Source: Eledone cirrhosa (lineage: Eukaryota). From it: a DNA stretch of 64,000 nt. The position numbers and the translations under genes were made by a program. The notes beneath the pieces were generated by a model, which did no database searches, was not told where the DNA came from, and saw only the letters and a list, made by a program, of their open reading frames with translations. Position 1 is the first letter of the stretch. Every line of letters starts with the position of its first letter. Positions 44,701 to 61,489 of this stretch are shown here, piece after piece. Location: the NCBI GenBank assembly GCA_964016885.1, contig CAXHJY010000161.1, forward strand, positions 62,001 through 126,000, read 5' to 3'.

Positions 44701-47699
44701 GGCACTGACAGAGAAAACAGCAACAACTACAACAACACTGGCACTGACACAAAAAACAGCAACAACTACAACAACACTGGCACTGACAGAGAAAACAGCA
44801 ACAACTACAACAACACTGGCACTGACAGAGAAAACAGCAACAACAACAACACTGGCACTGACACAGAAAACAGCAACAACTACAACAACACTGGCACTGA
44901 CAGAGAAAACAGCAACAACTACAACAACACTGCCACTGACAGAGAAAACAGCAACAACTACAACAACACTGGCACTGACAAGTAAACAGCAACAACTACA
45001 ACAAGATTGGCACTGACACAGAAAACAGCAACAGCTACAACAACACTGGCACTGACAGAGAAAACAGCAACAACAACAACACTGGCACTGACACAGAAAA
45101 CAGCAACAACTACAACAACACTGGCACTGACAGTGAAAATAGCAACAACAACACTGGCACTGACACAGAAAACAGCAACAACAACAACACTGGCACTGAC
45201 ACAGAAAACAGCAACAACTACAACAACACTGGCACTAACACAGAAAACAGGAACAACTACAACATCACTGGCACTGACAGAGAAAACAGCAACAGCAACA
45301 ACACTGGCACTGACAGTGAATATAGCAACAACAACAACACTGGCACTGACACAGAAAACAGCAACAACTACAACAACACTGGCACTGACAGAAATAACAG
45401 CAACAACTACAACACTGGCACTGACAGAGAAAACAGCAGCAACAACAACAACACTGGCACTGACAGAGAAAACAGCAACAACTACAACAACACTGGCACT
45501 GACACAGAAAACAGCAACAACTACAACAACCCTGGCACTGACAGAGAAAACAGCAACAACTACAACAACACTGGCACTGACAGAGAAAACAGCAACAACA
45601 ACAACACTGGCACTGACACAGAAAACAGCAACAACTACAACAACACTGGCACTGACAGAGAAAACAGCAACAACTACAACAACACTGGCACTGACAGAGA
45701 AAACATCAACAACTACAACAACACTGGCACTGACACAGTAAACAGCAACAACTACAACAACACTGGCACTGACACAGAAAACAGCAACAGCTACAACAAC
45801 ACTGGCACTGACACAGAAAACAGCAACAACAACAACACTGGCACTGACACAGAAAACAGCAACAACTACAACAACACTGGCACTGACAATGAAAATAGCA
45901 ACAACAACACTGGCACTGACACAGAATACAGCAACAACAACAACACTGGCACTGACACAGAAAACAGCAACAACAGCAACAACACTGGCACTGACACAGA
46001 AAACAGCAACAATTACAACAACACTGGCACTGACAGAGAAAACAGCAACAACTACAACAACACTGGCACTGACAGAGAAAACAGCAACAACAAAAACACT
46101 GGCACTGACACAGAAAACAGCAACAACTACAACAACACTGGCACTGACAGAGAAAACGGCAACAACTACAACAACACTGGCACTGACAGAGAAAACAGCA
46201 ACAGCAACAACACTGGCACTGACACAGAAAACAGCAACAAAAACAACACTGGCACTGACAGAGAAAACAGCAACAACAACACTGGCACTGACAGAGAAAA
46301 CAGCAACAACAACAACACTGGCACTGACAGAGAAAACAGCAACAACAACACTGGCACTGACAGAGAAAACAGCAACAACAACAACACTGGCACAGACACA
46401 GAAAACAGCAACAACAACAGTGGCACTGACACAGAAAACAGCAACAACTACAACAACACTGGCACTGACAGAGAAAACAGCAACAACAACAACACTGGCA
46501 CTGACACAGAAAACAGAAACAACTACAACATCACTGGCACTGACAGAGAAAGCAGCAACAACTACAACAACACTGGCACTGACAGAGAAAACAGCAACAG
46601 CAACAACACTGGCACTGACACAGAAAACAGCAACAACTACAACAACACTGGCACTAACACAGAAAACAGCAACAACTACAACATCACTGGCACTGACAGA
46701 GAAAACAGCAACAGCAACAACACTGGCACTGACAGTGAAAATAGCAACAACAACAACACTGGCACTGACACAGAAAACAGCAACAACAACAACAACACTG
46801 GCACTGACACAGAAAACAGCAACAACGACAACAACACTGGCACTGACAGAGAAAACAGCAACAACAACAACACTGGCACTGACAGAGAAAACAGCAACAA
46901 CAACACCGGCACTGACACAGAAAACAGCAACAACTACAACAACACTGGCACGGAAAACAGCAACAACAGCAACAACAACACTGGCACTGACACAGAAAAC
47001 AGCAACAACAACCGTGGCACTGACACAGAAAACAGCAACAACAGCAACAATAACACTGGAACTGACACAGAAAACAGCAACAGTAACAACAACAACACTG
47101 GCACTGACAAAGAAAACAGCAACAACAACAACACTGGCACTGACAAAGAAAACAGCAACAACAACAACACTGGCACTGACACAGAAAACAGCAACAACAA
47201 CAACACTGGCACTGACAGTGAAAATAGCAACAACAACAACACTGGCACTGACACAGAAAACAGCAACAACTACAACACTGGCACTGACAGAGAAAACAGC
47301 AACAACTACAACAACACTGGCACTGACAGAGAAAACAGCAACAACAACAACACTGGCACTGACAGAGAAAACAGCAACAACAACAACACTGGCACTGACA
47401 GAGAAAACAGCAACAACACCGGCACTGACACAGAAAACAGCAACAACTACAACAACACTGGCACTGACAGAGAAAAGAGCAACAACTACAACAACACTGG
47501 CACTGACAGAGAAAACAGCAACAACAACAACACTGGCACTGACACAGAAAACAGCAACAACTACAACACTGGCACTGACAGAGAAAACAGCAACAACAAC
47601 AACACTGGCATTGACACAGAAAACATCAACAACTACAACAACACTGGCACTGACAGAGAAAACAGCAACAACTACAACAACACTGGCACTGACAGAGAA

Positions 47700-50600
47700 A
47701 ACAGCAACAACTACAACAACACTGGCACTGACACAGAAAACAGCAACAACTACAACAACACTGGCACTGACACAGAAAACAGCAACAACTACAACAACAC
47801 TGGCACTGACACAGAAAACAGCAACAACAACAACACTGGCACTGACAGAGAAAACAGCAACAACAACAACACCGGCACTGACACAGAAAACAGCAACAAC
47901 TACAACAACACCGGCACAGAAAACAGCAACAACAGCAACAACAACACTGGCACTGACACAGAAAACAGCAACAACAGCAACAACAACCGTGGCACTGACA
48001 CAGAAAACAGCAACAACAGCAACAACAACCGTGGCACTGACACAGAAAACAGCAACAACAGCAACAATAACACTGGCACTGGCACAGAAAACAGCAACAG
48101 CAACACTGGAACTGACACAGAAAACAGCAACAGTAACAACAACAACACTGGCACTGACAAAGAAAACAGCAACAACAACAACACTGGCACTGACACAGAA
48201 AACAGCAACAACAACAACACTGGCACTGACAGTGAAAATAGCAACAGCAACAACACTGGCACTGACAGAGAAAACAGCAACAAGAACAACACTGGCACTG
48301 ACACAGAAAACAGCAACAACTACAACAACACTGGCACTGACAGAGAAAGCAGCAACAACTACAACAACACTGGCACTGACAGAGAAAACAGCAACAGCAA
48401 CAACACTGGCACTGACACAGAAAACAGCAACAACTACAACAACACTGGCACTAACACAGAAAACAGCAACAACTACAACATCACTGGTACTGACAGAGAA
48501 AACAGCAACAGCAACAACACTGGCACTGACAGTGAAAATAGCAACAACAACAACACTGGCACTGACACAGAAAACAGCAACAACAACAACACTGGAACTG
48601 ACACAGAAAACAGCAACAACTACAACAACACTGGCACTGACAGAGAAAACAGCAACAACTACAACACTGGCACTGACAGAGAAAACAGCAACAACAACAG
48701 CAACACTGGCACTGACAGAGAAAACAGCAACAACTACAACAACACTGGCACTGACACAAAAAACAGCAACAACTACAACAACACTGGCACTGACAGAGAA
48801 AACAGCAACAACTACAACAACACTGGCACTGACAGAGAAAACAGCAACAACAACAACACTGGCACTGACACAGAAAACAGCAACAACTACAACAACACTG
48901 GCACTGACAGAGAAAACAGCAACAAATACAACAACACTGACACTGACAGAGAAAACAGCAACAACAACAACACTGGCACTGACAGAGAAAACAGCAACAA
49001 CAACAGCAACACTGGCACTGACAGAGAAAACAGCAACAACTACAACAACACTGGCACTGACACAAAAAACAGCAACAACTACAACAACACTGGCACTGAC
49101 AGAGAAAACAGCAACAACAACAACACTGGCACTGACAGAGAAAACAGCAACAACAACAACACTGGCACTGACAGAGAAAACAGCAACAACACCGGCACTG
49201 ACACAGAAAACAGCAACAACTACAACAACACTGGCACTGACAGAGAAAAGAGCAACAACTACAACAACACTGGCACTGACAGAGAAAACAACAACAACAA
49301 CAACACTGGCACTGACACAGAAAACAGCAACAACTACAACACTGGCACTGACAGAGAAAACAGCAACAACAACAACACTGGCATTGACACAGAAAACATC
49401 AACAACTACAACAACACTGGCACTGACAGAGAAAACAGCAACAACTACAACAACACTGGCACTGACACAGAAAACAGCAACAACTACAACAACACCGGCA
49501 CAGAAAACAGCAACAACAGCAACAACAACACTGGCACTGACACAGAAAACAGCAACAACAGCAACAACAACCGTGGCACTGACACAGAAAACAGCAACAA
49601 CAGCAACAATAACACTGGCACTGGCACAGAAAACAGCAACAGCAACACTGGAACTGACACAGAAAACAGCAACAGTAACAACAACAACACTGGCACTGAC
49701 AAAGAAAACAGCAACAACAACAACACTGGCACTGACACAGAAAACAGCAACAACAACAACACTGGCACTAACAGTGAAAATAGCAACAGCAACAACACTG
49801 GCACTGACAGAGAAAACAGCAACAACAACAACACTGGCACTGACACAGAAAACAGCAACAACTACAACAACACTGGCACTGACAGAGAAAGCAGCAACAA
49901 CTACAACAACACTGGCACTGACAGAGAAAACAGCAACAGCAACAATACTGGCACTGACACAGAAAACAGCAACAACTACAACAACACTGGCACTAACACA
50001 GAAAACAGCAACAACTACAACATCACTGGCACTGACAGAGAAAACAGCAACAGCAACAACACTGGCACTGACAGTGAAAATAGCAACAACAACACTGGCA
50101 CTGACACAGAAAACAGCAACAACAACAACACTGGCACTGACACAGAAAACAGCAACAACTACAACAACACTGGCACTGACACAGAAAACAGCAACAACTA
50201 CAACAACACTGGCACTGACACAGAAAACAGCAACAACTACAACAACACTGGCACTGACACAGAAAACAGCAACAACAACAACACTGGCACTGACAGAGAA
50301 AACAGCAACAACAACAACACCGGCACTGACACAGAAAACAGCAACAACTACAACAACACCGGCACAGAAAACAGCAACAACAGCAACAACAACACTGGCA
50401 CTGACACAGAAAACAGCAACAACAGCAACAACAACCGTGGCACTGACACAGAAAACAGCAACAACAGCAACAATAACACTGGCACTGGCACAGAAAACAG
50501 CAACAGCAACACTGGAACTGACACAGAAAACAGCAACAGTAACAACAACAACACTGGCACTGACAAAGAAAACAGCAACAACAACAACACTGGCACTGAC

Positions 50601-52590
50601 ACAGAAAACAGCAACAACAACAACACTGGCACTGACAGTGAAAATAGCAACAGCAACAACACTGGCACTGACAGAGAAAACAGCAACAAGAACAACACTG
50701 GCACTGACACAGAAAACAGCAACAACTACAACAACACTGGCACTGACAGAGAAAGCAGCAACAACTACAACAACACTGGCACTGACAGAGAAAACAGCAA
50801 CAGCAACAACACTGGCACTGACACAGAAAACAGCAACAACTACAACAACACTGGCACTAACACAGAAAACAGCAACAACTACAACATCACTGGCACTGAC
50901 AGAGAAAACAGCAACAGCAACAACACTGGCACTGACAGTGAAAATAGCAACAACAACAACACTGGCACTGACACAGAAAACAGCAACAACAACAACACTG
51001 GAACTGACACAGAAAACAGCAACAACTACAACAACACTGGCACTGACAGAGAAAACAGCAACAACTACAACACTGGCACTGACAGAGAAAACAGCAACAA
51101 CAACAGCAACACTGGCACTGACAGAGAAAACAGCAACAACTACAACAACACTGGCACTGACACAAAAAACAGCAACAACTACAACAACACTGGCACTGAC
51201 AGAGAAAACAGCAACAACTACAACAACACTGGCACTGACAGAGAAAACAGCAACAACAACAACACTGGCACTGACACAGAAAACAGCAACAACTACAACA
51301 ACACTGGCACTGACAGAGAAAACAGCAACAAATACAACAACACTGACAATGACAGAGAAAACAGCAACAACAACAACACTGGCACTGACAGAGAAAACAG
51401 CAACAACAACAGCAACACTGGCACTGACAGAGAAAACAGCAACAACTACAACAACACTGGCACTGACACAAAAAACAGCAACAACTACAACAACACTGGC
51501 ACTGACAGAGAAAACAGCAACAACAACAACACTGGCACTGACAGAGAAAACAGCAACAACAACAACACTGGCACTGACAGAGAAAACAGCAACAACACCG
51601 GCACTGACACAGAAAACAGCAACAACTACAACAACACTGGCACTGACAGAGAAAAGAGCAACAACTACAACAACACTGGCACTGACAGAGAAAACAACAA
51701 CAACAACAACACTGGCACTGACACAGAAAACAGCAACAACTACAACACTGGCACTGACAGAGAAAACAGCAACAACAACAACACTGGCATTGACACAGAA
51801 AACATCAACAACTACAACAACACTGGCACTGACAGAGAAAACAGCAACAACTACAACAACACTGGCACTGACACAGAAAACAGCAACAACTACAACAACA
51901 CCGGCACAGAAAACAGCAACAACAGCAACAACAACACTGGCACTGACACAGAAAACAGCAACAACAGCAACAACAACCGTGGCACTGACACAGAAAACAG
52001 CAACAACAGCAACAATAACACTGGCACTGGCACAGAAAACAGCAACAGCAACACTGGAACTGACACAGAAAACAGCAACAGTAACAACAACAACACTGGC
52101 ACTGACAAAGAAAACAGCAACAACAACAACACTGGCACTGACACAGAAAACAGCAACAACAACAACACTGGCACTGACAGTGAAAATAGCAACAGCAACA
52201 ACACTGGCACTGACAGAGAAAACAGCAACAACAACAACACTGGCACTGACACAGAAAACAGCAACAACTACAACAACACTGGCACTGACAGAGAAAGCAG
52301 CAACAACTACAACAACACTGGCACTGACAGAGAAAACAGCAACAGCAACAATACTGGCACTGACACAGAAAACAGCAACAACTACAACAACACTGGCACT
52401 AACACAGAAAACAGCAACAACTACAACATCACTGGCACTGACAGAGAAAACAGCAACAGCAACAACACTGGCACTGACAGTGAAAATAGCAACAACAACA
52501 CTGGCACTGACACAGAAAACAGCAACAACAACAACACTGGCACTGACACAGAAAACAGCAACAACTACAACAACACTGGCACTGACAGAG
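47700..52590 (+). repeat. 2,406-bp tandem duplication nested in the 7,952-bp unit
   Basis: ORF pairs 48481/50887 and 49484/51890, and ORF ends 48319/50725, are offset by 2406. ACAAGAACAAC, ACAAATAC and ACAATACTGG variants are duplicated. Confidence 0.9.
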
Positions 52591-55500
52591 AAAACAGCAA
52601 CAACTACAACACTGGCACTGACAGAGAAAACAGCAACAACAACAGCAACACTGGCACTGACAGAGAAAACAGCAACAACTACAACAACACTGGCACTGAC
52701 ACAAAAAACAGCAACAACTACAACAACACTGGCACTGACAGAGAAAACAGCAACAACTACAACAACACTGGCACTGACAGAGAAAACAGCAACAACAACA
52801 ACACTGGCACTGACACAGAAAACAGCAACAACTACAACAACACTGGCACTGACAGAGAAAACAGCAACAACTACAACAACACTGGCACTGACAGAGAAAA
52901 CAGCAACAACTACAACAACACTGGCACTGACAAGTAAACAGCAACAACTACAACAACATTGGCACTGACACAGAAAACAGCAACAGCTACAACAACACTG
53001 GCACTGACAGAGAAAACAGCAACAACAACAACACTGGCACTGACACAGAAAACAGCAACAACTACAACAACACTGGCACTGACAGTGAAAATAGCAACAA
53101 CAACACTGGCACTGACACAGAAAACAGCAACAACAACAACACTGGCACTGACACAGAAAACAGCAACAACTACAACAACACTGGCACTAACACAGAAAAC
53201 AGGAACAACTACAACATCACTGGCACTGACAGAGAAAACAGCAACAGCAACAACACTGGCACTGACAGTGAAAATAGCAACGACAACAACACTGGCACTG
53301 ACACAGAAAACAGCAACAACAACAACACTGGCACTGACACAGAAAACAGCAACAACTACAACAACACTGGCACTGACAGAAATAACAGCAACAACTACAA
53401 CACTGGCACTGACAGAGAAAACAGCAGCAACAACAACAACACTGGCACTGACAGAGAAAACAGCAACAACTACAACAACACTGGCACTGACACAGAAAAC
53501 AGCAACAACTACAACAACACTGGCACTGACAGAGAAAACAGCAACAACTACAACAACACTGGCACTGACAGAGAAAACAGCAACAACAACAACACTGGCA
53601 CTGACACAGAAAACAGCAACAACTACAACAACACTGGCACTGACAGAGAAAACAGCAACAACTACAACAACACTGGCACTGACAGAGAAAACATCAACAA
53701 CTACAACAACACTGGCACTGACACAGTAAACAGCAACAACTACAACAACACTGGCACTGACACAGAAAACAGCAACAGCTACAACAACACTGGCACTGAC
53801 ACAGAAAACAGCAACAACAACAACACTGGCACTGACACAGAAAACAGCAACAACTACAACAACACTGGCACTGACAAAGAAAATAGCAACAACAACACTG
53901 GCACTGACACAGAATACAGCAACAACAACAACACTGGCACTGACACAGAAAACAGCAACAACAGCAACAACACTGGCACTGACACAGAAAACAGCAACAA
54001 TTACAACAACACTGGCACTGACAGAGAAAACAGCAACAACTACAACAACACTGGCACTGACAGAGAAAACAGCAACAACAAAAACACTGGCACTGACAGA
54101 GAAAAGAGCAACAACTACAACAACACTGGCACTGACAGAGAAAACGGCAACAACTACAACAACACTGGCACTGACAGAGAAAACAGCAACAGCAACAACA
54201 CTGGCACTGACACAGAAAACAGCAACAAAAACAACACTGGCACTGACAGAGAAAACAGCAACAACAACACTGGCACTGACAGAGAAAACAGCAACAACAA
54301 CAACACTGGCACTGACAGAGAAAACAGCAACAACAACACTGGCACTGACAGAGAAAACAGCAACAACAACAACACTGGCACAGACACAGAAAACAGCAAC
54401 AACAACAGTGGCACTGACACAGAAAACAGCAACAACTACAACAACACTGGCACTGACAGAGAAAACAGCAACAACAACAACACTGGCACTGACACAGAAA
54501 ACAGAAACAACTACAACATCACTGGCACTGACAGAGAAAGCAGCAACAACTACAACAACACTGGCACTGACAGAGAAAACAGCAACAGCAACAACACTGG
54601 CACTGACACAGAAAACAGCAACAACTACAACAACACTGGCACTAACACAGAAAACAGCAACAACTACAACATCACTGGCACTGACAGAGAAAACAGCAAC
54701 AGCAACAACACTGGCACTGACAGTGAAAATAGCAACAACAACAACACTGGCACTGACACAGAAAACAGCAACAACAACAACAACACTGGCACTGACACAG
54801 AAAACAGCAACAACGACAACAACACTGGCACTGACAGAGAAAACAGCAACAACAACAACACTGGCACTGACAGAGAAAACAGCAACAACAACACCGGCAC
54901 TGACACAGAAAACAGCAACAACTACAACAACACTGGCACGGAAAACAGCAACAACAGCAACAACAACACTGGCACTGACACAGAAAACAGCAACAACAGC
55001 AACAATAACACTGGAACTGACACAGAAAACAGCAACAGTAACAACAACAACACTGGCACTGACAAAGAAAACAGCAACAACAACACTGGCACTGACAAAG
55101 AAAACAACAACAACAACAACACTGGCACTGACACAGAAAACAGCAACAACAACAACACTGGCACTGACAGTGAAAATAGCAACAACAACAACACTGGCAC
55201 TGACACAGAAAACAGCAACAACTACAACACTGGCACTGACAGAGAAAACAGCAACAACTACAACAACACTGGCACTGACAGAGAAAACAGCAACAACAAC
55301 AACACTGGCACTGACAGAGAAAACAGCAACAACAACAACACTGGCACTGACAGAGAAAACAGCAACAACACCGGCACTGACACAGAAAACAGCAACAACT
55401 ACAACAACACTGGCACTGACAGAGAAAAGAGCAACAACTACAACAACACTGGCACTGACAGAGAAAACAGCAACAACAACAACACTGGCACTGACACAGA

Positions 55501-58500
55501 AAACAGCAACAACTACAACAACACTGGCACTGACACAGAAAACAGCAACAACTACAACAACACTGGCACTGACACAGAAAACAGCAACAACAACAACACT
55601 GGCACTGACAGAGAAAACAGCAACAACAACAACACCGGCACTGACACAGAAAACAGCAACAACTACAACAACACCGACACAGAAAACAGCAACAACAGCA
55701 ACAACAACACTGGCACTGACACAGAAAACAGCAACAACAGCAACAACAACCGTGGCACTGACAGAGAAAACAGCAACAACAGCAACAATAACACTGGCAC
55801 TGGCACAGAAAACAGCAACAGCAACACTGGAACTGACACAGAAAACAGCAACAGTAACAACAACAACACTGGCACTGACAAAGAAAACAGCAACAACAAC
55901 AACACTGGCACTGACACAGAAAACAGCAACAACAACAACACTGGCACTGACAGTGAAAATAGCAACAGCAACAACACTGGCACTGACAGAGAAAACAGCA
56001 ACAACAACAACACTGGCACTGACACAGAAAACAGCAACAACTACAACAACACTGGCACTGACAGAGAAAGCAGCAACAACTACAACAACACTGGCACTGA
56101 CAGAGAAAACAGCAACAGCAACAACACTGGCACTGACACAGAAAACAGCAACAACTACAACAACACTGGCACTAACACAGAAAACAGCAACAACTACAAC
56201 ATCACTGGCACTGACAGAGAAAACAGCAACAGCAACAACACTGGCACTGACAGTGAAAATAGCAACAACAACAACACTGGCACTGACACAGAAAACAGCA
56301 ACAACAACAACACTGGCACTGACACAGAAAACAGCAACAACTACAACAACACTGGCACTGACAGAGAAAACAGCAACAACTACAACACTGGCACTGACAG
56401 AGAAAACAGCAACAACAACAGCAACACTGGCACTGACAGAGAAAACAGCAACAACTACAACAACACTGGCACTGACACAAAAAACAGCAACAACTACAAC
56501 AACACTGGCACTGACAGAGAAAACAGCAACAACTACAACAACACTGGCACTGACAGAGAAAACAGCAACAACAACAACACTGGCACTGACACAGAAAACA
56601 GCAACAACTACAACAACACTGGCACTGACAGAGAAAACAGCAACAAATACAACAACACTGACACTGACAGAGAAAACAGCAACAACTACAACAACACTGG
56701 CACTGACACAGTAAACAGCAACAACTACAACAACACTGGCACTGACACAGAAAACAGCAACAACTACAACAACACTGGCACTGACAGAGAAAACAGCAAC
56801 AACTACAACAACACTGGCATTGACAGAGAAAACAGCAACAACAACAACACTGGCACTGACACAGAAAACAGCAACAACTACAACAACACTGGCACTGACA
56901 GAGAAAACAGCAACAAATACAACAACACTGACACTGACAGAGAAAACAGCAACAACAACAACACTGGCACTGACAGAGAAAACAGCAACAACAACAGCAA
57001 CACTGGCACTGACAGAGAAAACAGCAACAACTACAACAACACTGGCACTGACACAAAAAACAGCAACAACTACAACAACACTGGCACTGACAGAGAAAAC
57101 AGCAACAACAACAACACTGGCACTGACAGAGAAAACAGCAACAACAACAACACTGGCACTGACAGAGAAAACAGCAACAACACCGGCACTGACACAGAAA
57201 ACAGCAACAACTACAACAACACTGGCACTGACAGAGAAAAGAGCAACAACTACAACAACACTGGCACTGACAGAGAAAACAACAACAACAACAACACTGG
57301 CACTGACACAGAAAACAGCAACAACTACAACACTGGCACTGACAGAGAAAACAGCAACAACAACAACACTGGCATTGACACAGAAAACATCAACAACTAC
57401 AACAACACTGGCACTGACAGAGAAAACAGCAACAACTACAACAACACTGGCACTGACACAGAAAACAGCAACAACTACAACAACACCGGCACAGAAAACA
57501 GCAACAACAGCAACAACAACACTGGCACTGACACAGAAAACAGCAACAACAGCAACAACAACCGTGGCACTGACACAGAAAACAGCAACAACAGCAACAA
57601 TAACACTGGCACTGGCACAGAAAACAGCAACAGCAACACTGGAACTGACACAGAAAACAGCAACAGTAACAACAACAACACTGGCACTGACAAAGAAAAC
57701 AGCAACAACAACAACACTGGCACTGACACAGAAAACAGCAACAACAACAACACTGGCACTGACAGTGAAAATAGCAACAGCAACAACACTGGCACTGACA
57801 GAGAAAACAGCAACAACAACAACACTGGCACTGACACAGAAAACAGCAACAACTACAACAACACTGGCACTGACAGAGAAAGCAGCAACAACTACAACAA
57901 CACTGGCACTGACAGAGAAAACAGCAACAGCAACAACACTGGCACTAACACAGAAAACAGCAACAACTACAACAACACTGGCACTAACACAGAAAACAGC
58001 AACAACTACAACATCACTGGCACTGACAGAGAAAACAGCAACAGCAACAACACTGGCACTGACAGTGAAAATAGCAACAACAACACTGGCACTGACACAG
58101 AAAACAGCAACAACAACAACACTGGCACTGACACAGAAAACAGCAACAACTACAACAACACTGGCACTGACAGAGAAAACAGCAACAACTACAACACTGG
58201 CACTGACAGAGAAAACAGCAACAACAACAGCAACACTGGCACTGACAGAGAAAACAGCAACAACTACAACAACACTGGCACTGACACAAAAAACAGCAAC
58301 AACTACAACAACACTGGCACTGACAGAGAAAACAGCAACAACTACAACAACACTGGCACTGACAGAGAAAACAGCAACAACAACAACACTGGCACTGACA
58401 CAGAAAACAGCAACAACTACAACAACACTGGCACTGACAGAGAAAACAGCAACAACTACAACAACACTGGCACTGACAGAGAAAACAGCAACAACTACAA

Positions 58501-61489
58501 CAACACTGGCACTGACAAGTAAACAGCAACAACTACAACAACATTGGCACTGACACAGAAAACAGCAACAGCTACAACAACACTGGCACTGACAGAGAAA
58601 ACAGCAACAACAACAACACTGGCACTGACACAGAAAACAGCAACAACTACAACAACACTGGCACTGACAGTGAAAATAGCAACAACAACACTGGCACTGA
58701 CACAGAAAACAGCAACAACAACAACACTGGCACTGACACAGAAAACAGCAACAACTACAACAACACTGGCACTAACACAGAAAACAGGAACAACTACAAC
58801 ATCACTGGCACTGACAGAGAAAACAGCAACAGCAACAACACTGGCACTGACAGTGAAAATAGCAACGACAACAACACTGGCACTAACACAGAAAACAGCA
58901 ACAACAACAACACTGGCACTGACACAGAAAACAGCAACAACTACAACAACACTGGCACTGACAGAAATAACAGCAACAACTACAACACTGGCACTGACAG
59001 AGAAAACAGCAGCAACAACAACAACACTGGCACTGACAGAGAAAACAGCAACAACTACAACAACACTGGCACTGACACAGAAAACAGCAACAACTACAAC
59101 AACACTGGCACTGACAGAGAAAACAGCAACAACTACAACAACACTGGCACTGACAGAGAAAACAGCAACAACAACAACACTGGCACTGACACAGAAAACA
59201 GCAACAACTACAACAACACTGGCACTGACAGAGAAAACAGCAACAACTACAACAACACTGGCACTGACAGAGAAAACATCAACAACTACAACAACACTGG
59301 CACTGACACAGTAAACAGCAACAACTACAACAACACTGGCACTGACACAGAAAACAGCAACAGCTACAACAACACTGGCACTGACACAGAAAACAGCAAC
59401 AACAACAACACTGGCACTGACACAGAAAACAGCAACAACTACAACAACACTGGCACTGACAATGAAAATAGCAACAACAACACTGGCACTGACACAGAAT
59501 ACAGCAACAACAACAACACTGGCACTGACACAGAAAACAGCAACAACAGCAACAACACTGGCACTGACACAGAAAACAGCAACAATTACAACAACACTGG
59601 CACTGACAGAGAAAACAGCAACAACTACAACAACACTGGCACTGACAGAGAAAACAGCAACAACAAAAACACTGGCACTGACAGAGAAAAGAGCAACAAC
59701 TACAACAACACTGGCACTGACAGAGAAAACGGCAACAACTACAACAACACTGGCACTGACAGAGAAAACAGCAACAGCAACAACACTGGCACTGACACAG
59801 AAAACAGCAACAAAAACAACACTGGCACTGACAGAGAAAACAGCAACAACAACACTGGCACTGACAGAGAAAACAGCAACAACAACAACACTGGCACTGA
59901 CAGAGAAAACAGCAACAACAACACTGGCACTGACAGAGAAAACAGCAACAACAACAACACTGGCACAGACACAGAAAACAGCAACAACAACAGTGGCACT
60001 GACACAGAAAACAGCAACAACTACAACAACACTGGCACTGACAGAGAAAACAGCAACAACAACAACACTGGCACTGACACAGAAAACAGAAACAACTACA
60101 ACATCACTGGCACTGACAGAGAAAGCAGCAACAACTACAACAACACTGGCACTGACAGAGAAAACAGCAACAGCAACAACACTGGCACTGACACAGAAAA
60201 CAGCAACAACTACAACAACACTGGCACTAACACAGAAAACAGCAACAACTACAACATCACTGGCACTGACAGAGAAAACAGCAACAGCAACAACACTGGC
60301 ACTGACAGTGAAAATAGCAACAACAACAACACTGGCACTGACACAGAAAACAGCAACAACAACAACAACACTGGCACTGACACAGAAAACAGCAACAACG
60401 ACAACAACACTGGCACTGACAGAGAAAACAGCAACAACAACAACACTGGCACTGACAGAGAAAACAGCAACAACAACACCGGCACTGACACAGAAAACAG
60501 CAACAACTACAACAACACTGGCACGGAAAACAGCAACAACAGCAACAACAACACTGGCACTGACACAGAAAACAGCAACAACAGCAACAATAACACTGGA
60601 ACTGACACAGAAAACAGCAACAGTAACAACAACAACACTGGCACTGACAAAGAAAACAGCAACAACAACAACACTGGCACTGACAAAGAAAACAGCAACA
60701 ACAACAACACTGGCACTGACACAGAAAACAGCAACAACAACAACACTGGCACTGACAGTGAAAATAGCAACAACAACAACACTGGCACTGACACAGAAAA
60801 CAGCAACAACTACAACACTGGCACTGACAGAGAAAACAGCAACAACTACAACAACACTGGCACTGACAGAGAAAACAGCAACAACAACAACACTGGCACT
60901 GACAGAGAAAACAGCAACAACAACAACACTGGCACTGACAGAGAAAACAGCAACAACACCGGCACTGACACAGAAAACAGCAACAACTACAACAACACTG
61001 GCACTGACAGAGAAAAGAGCAACAACTACAACAACACTGGCACTGACAGAGAAAACAGCAACAACAACAACACTGGCACTGACACAGAAAACAGCAACAA
61101 CTACAACACTGGCACTGACAGAGAAAACAGCAACAACAACAACACTGGCATTGACACAGAAAACATCAACAACTACAACAACACTGGCACTGACAGAGAA
61201 AACAGCAACAACTACAACAACACTGGCACTGACAGAGAAAACAGCAACAACTACAAGAACACTGGCACTGACACAGAAAACAGCAACAACTACAACAACA
61301 CTGGCACTGACACAGAAAACAGCAACAACTACAACAACACTGGCACTGACACAGAAAACAGCAACAACAACAACACTGGCACTGACAGAGAAAACAGCAA
61401 CAACAACAACACCGGCACTGACACAGAAAACAGCAACAACTACAACAACACCGGCACAGAAAACAGCAACAACAGCAACAACAACACTG

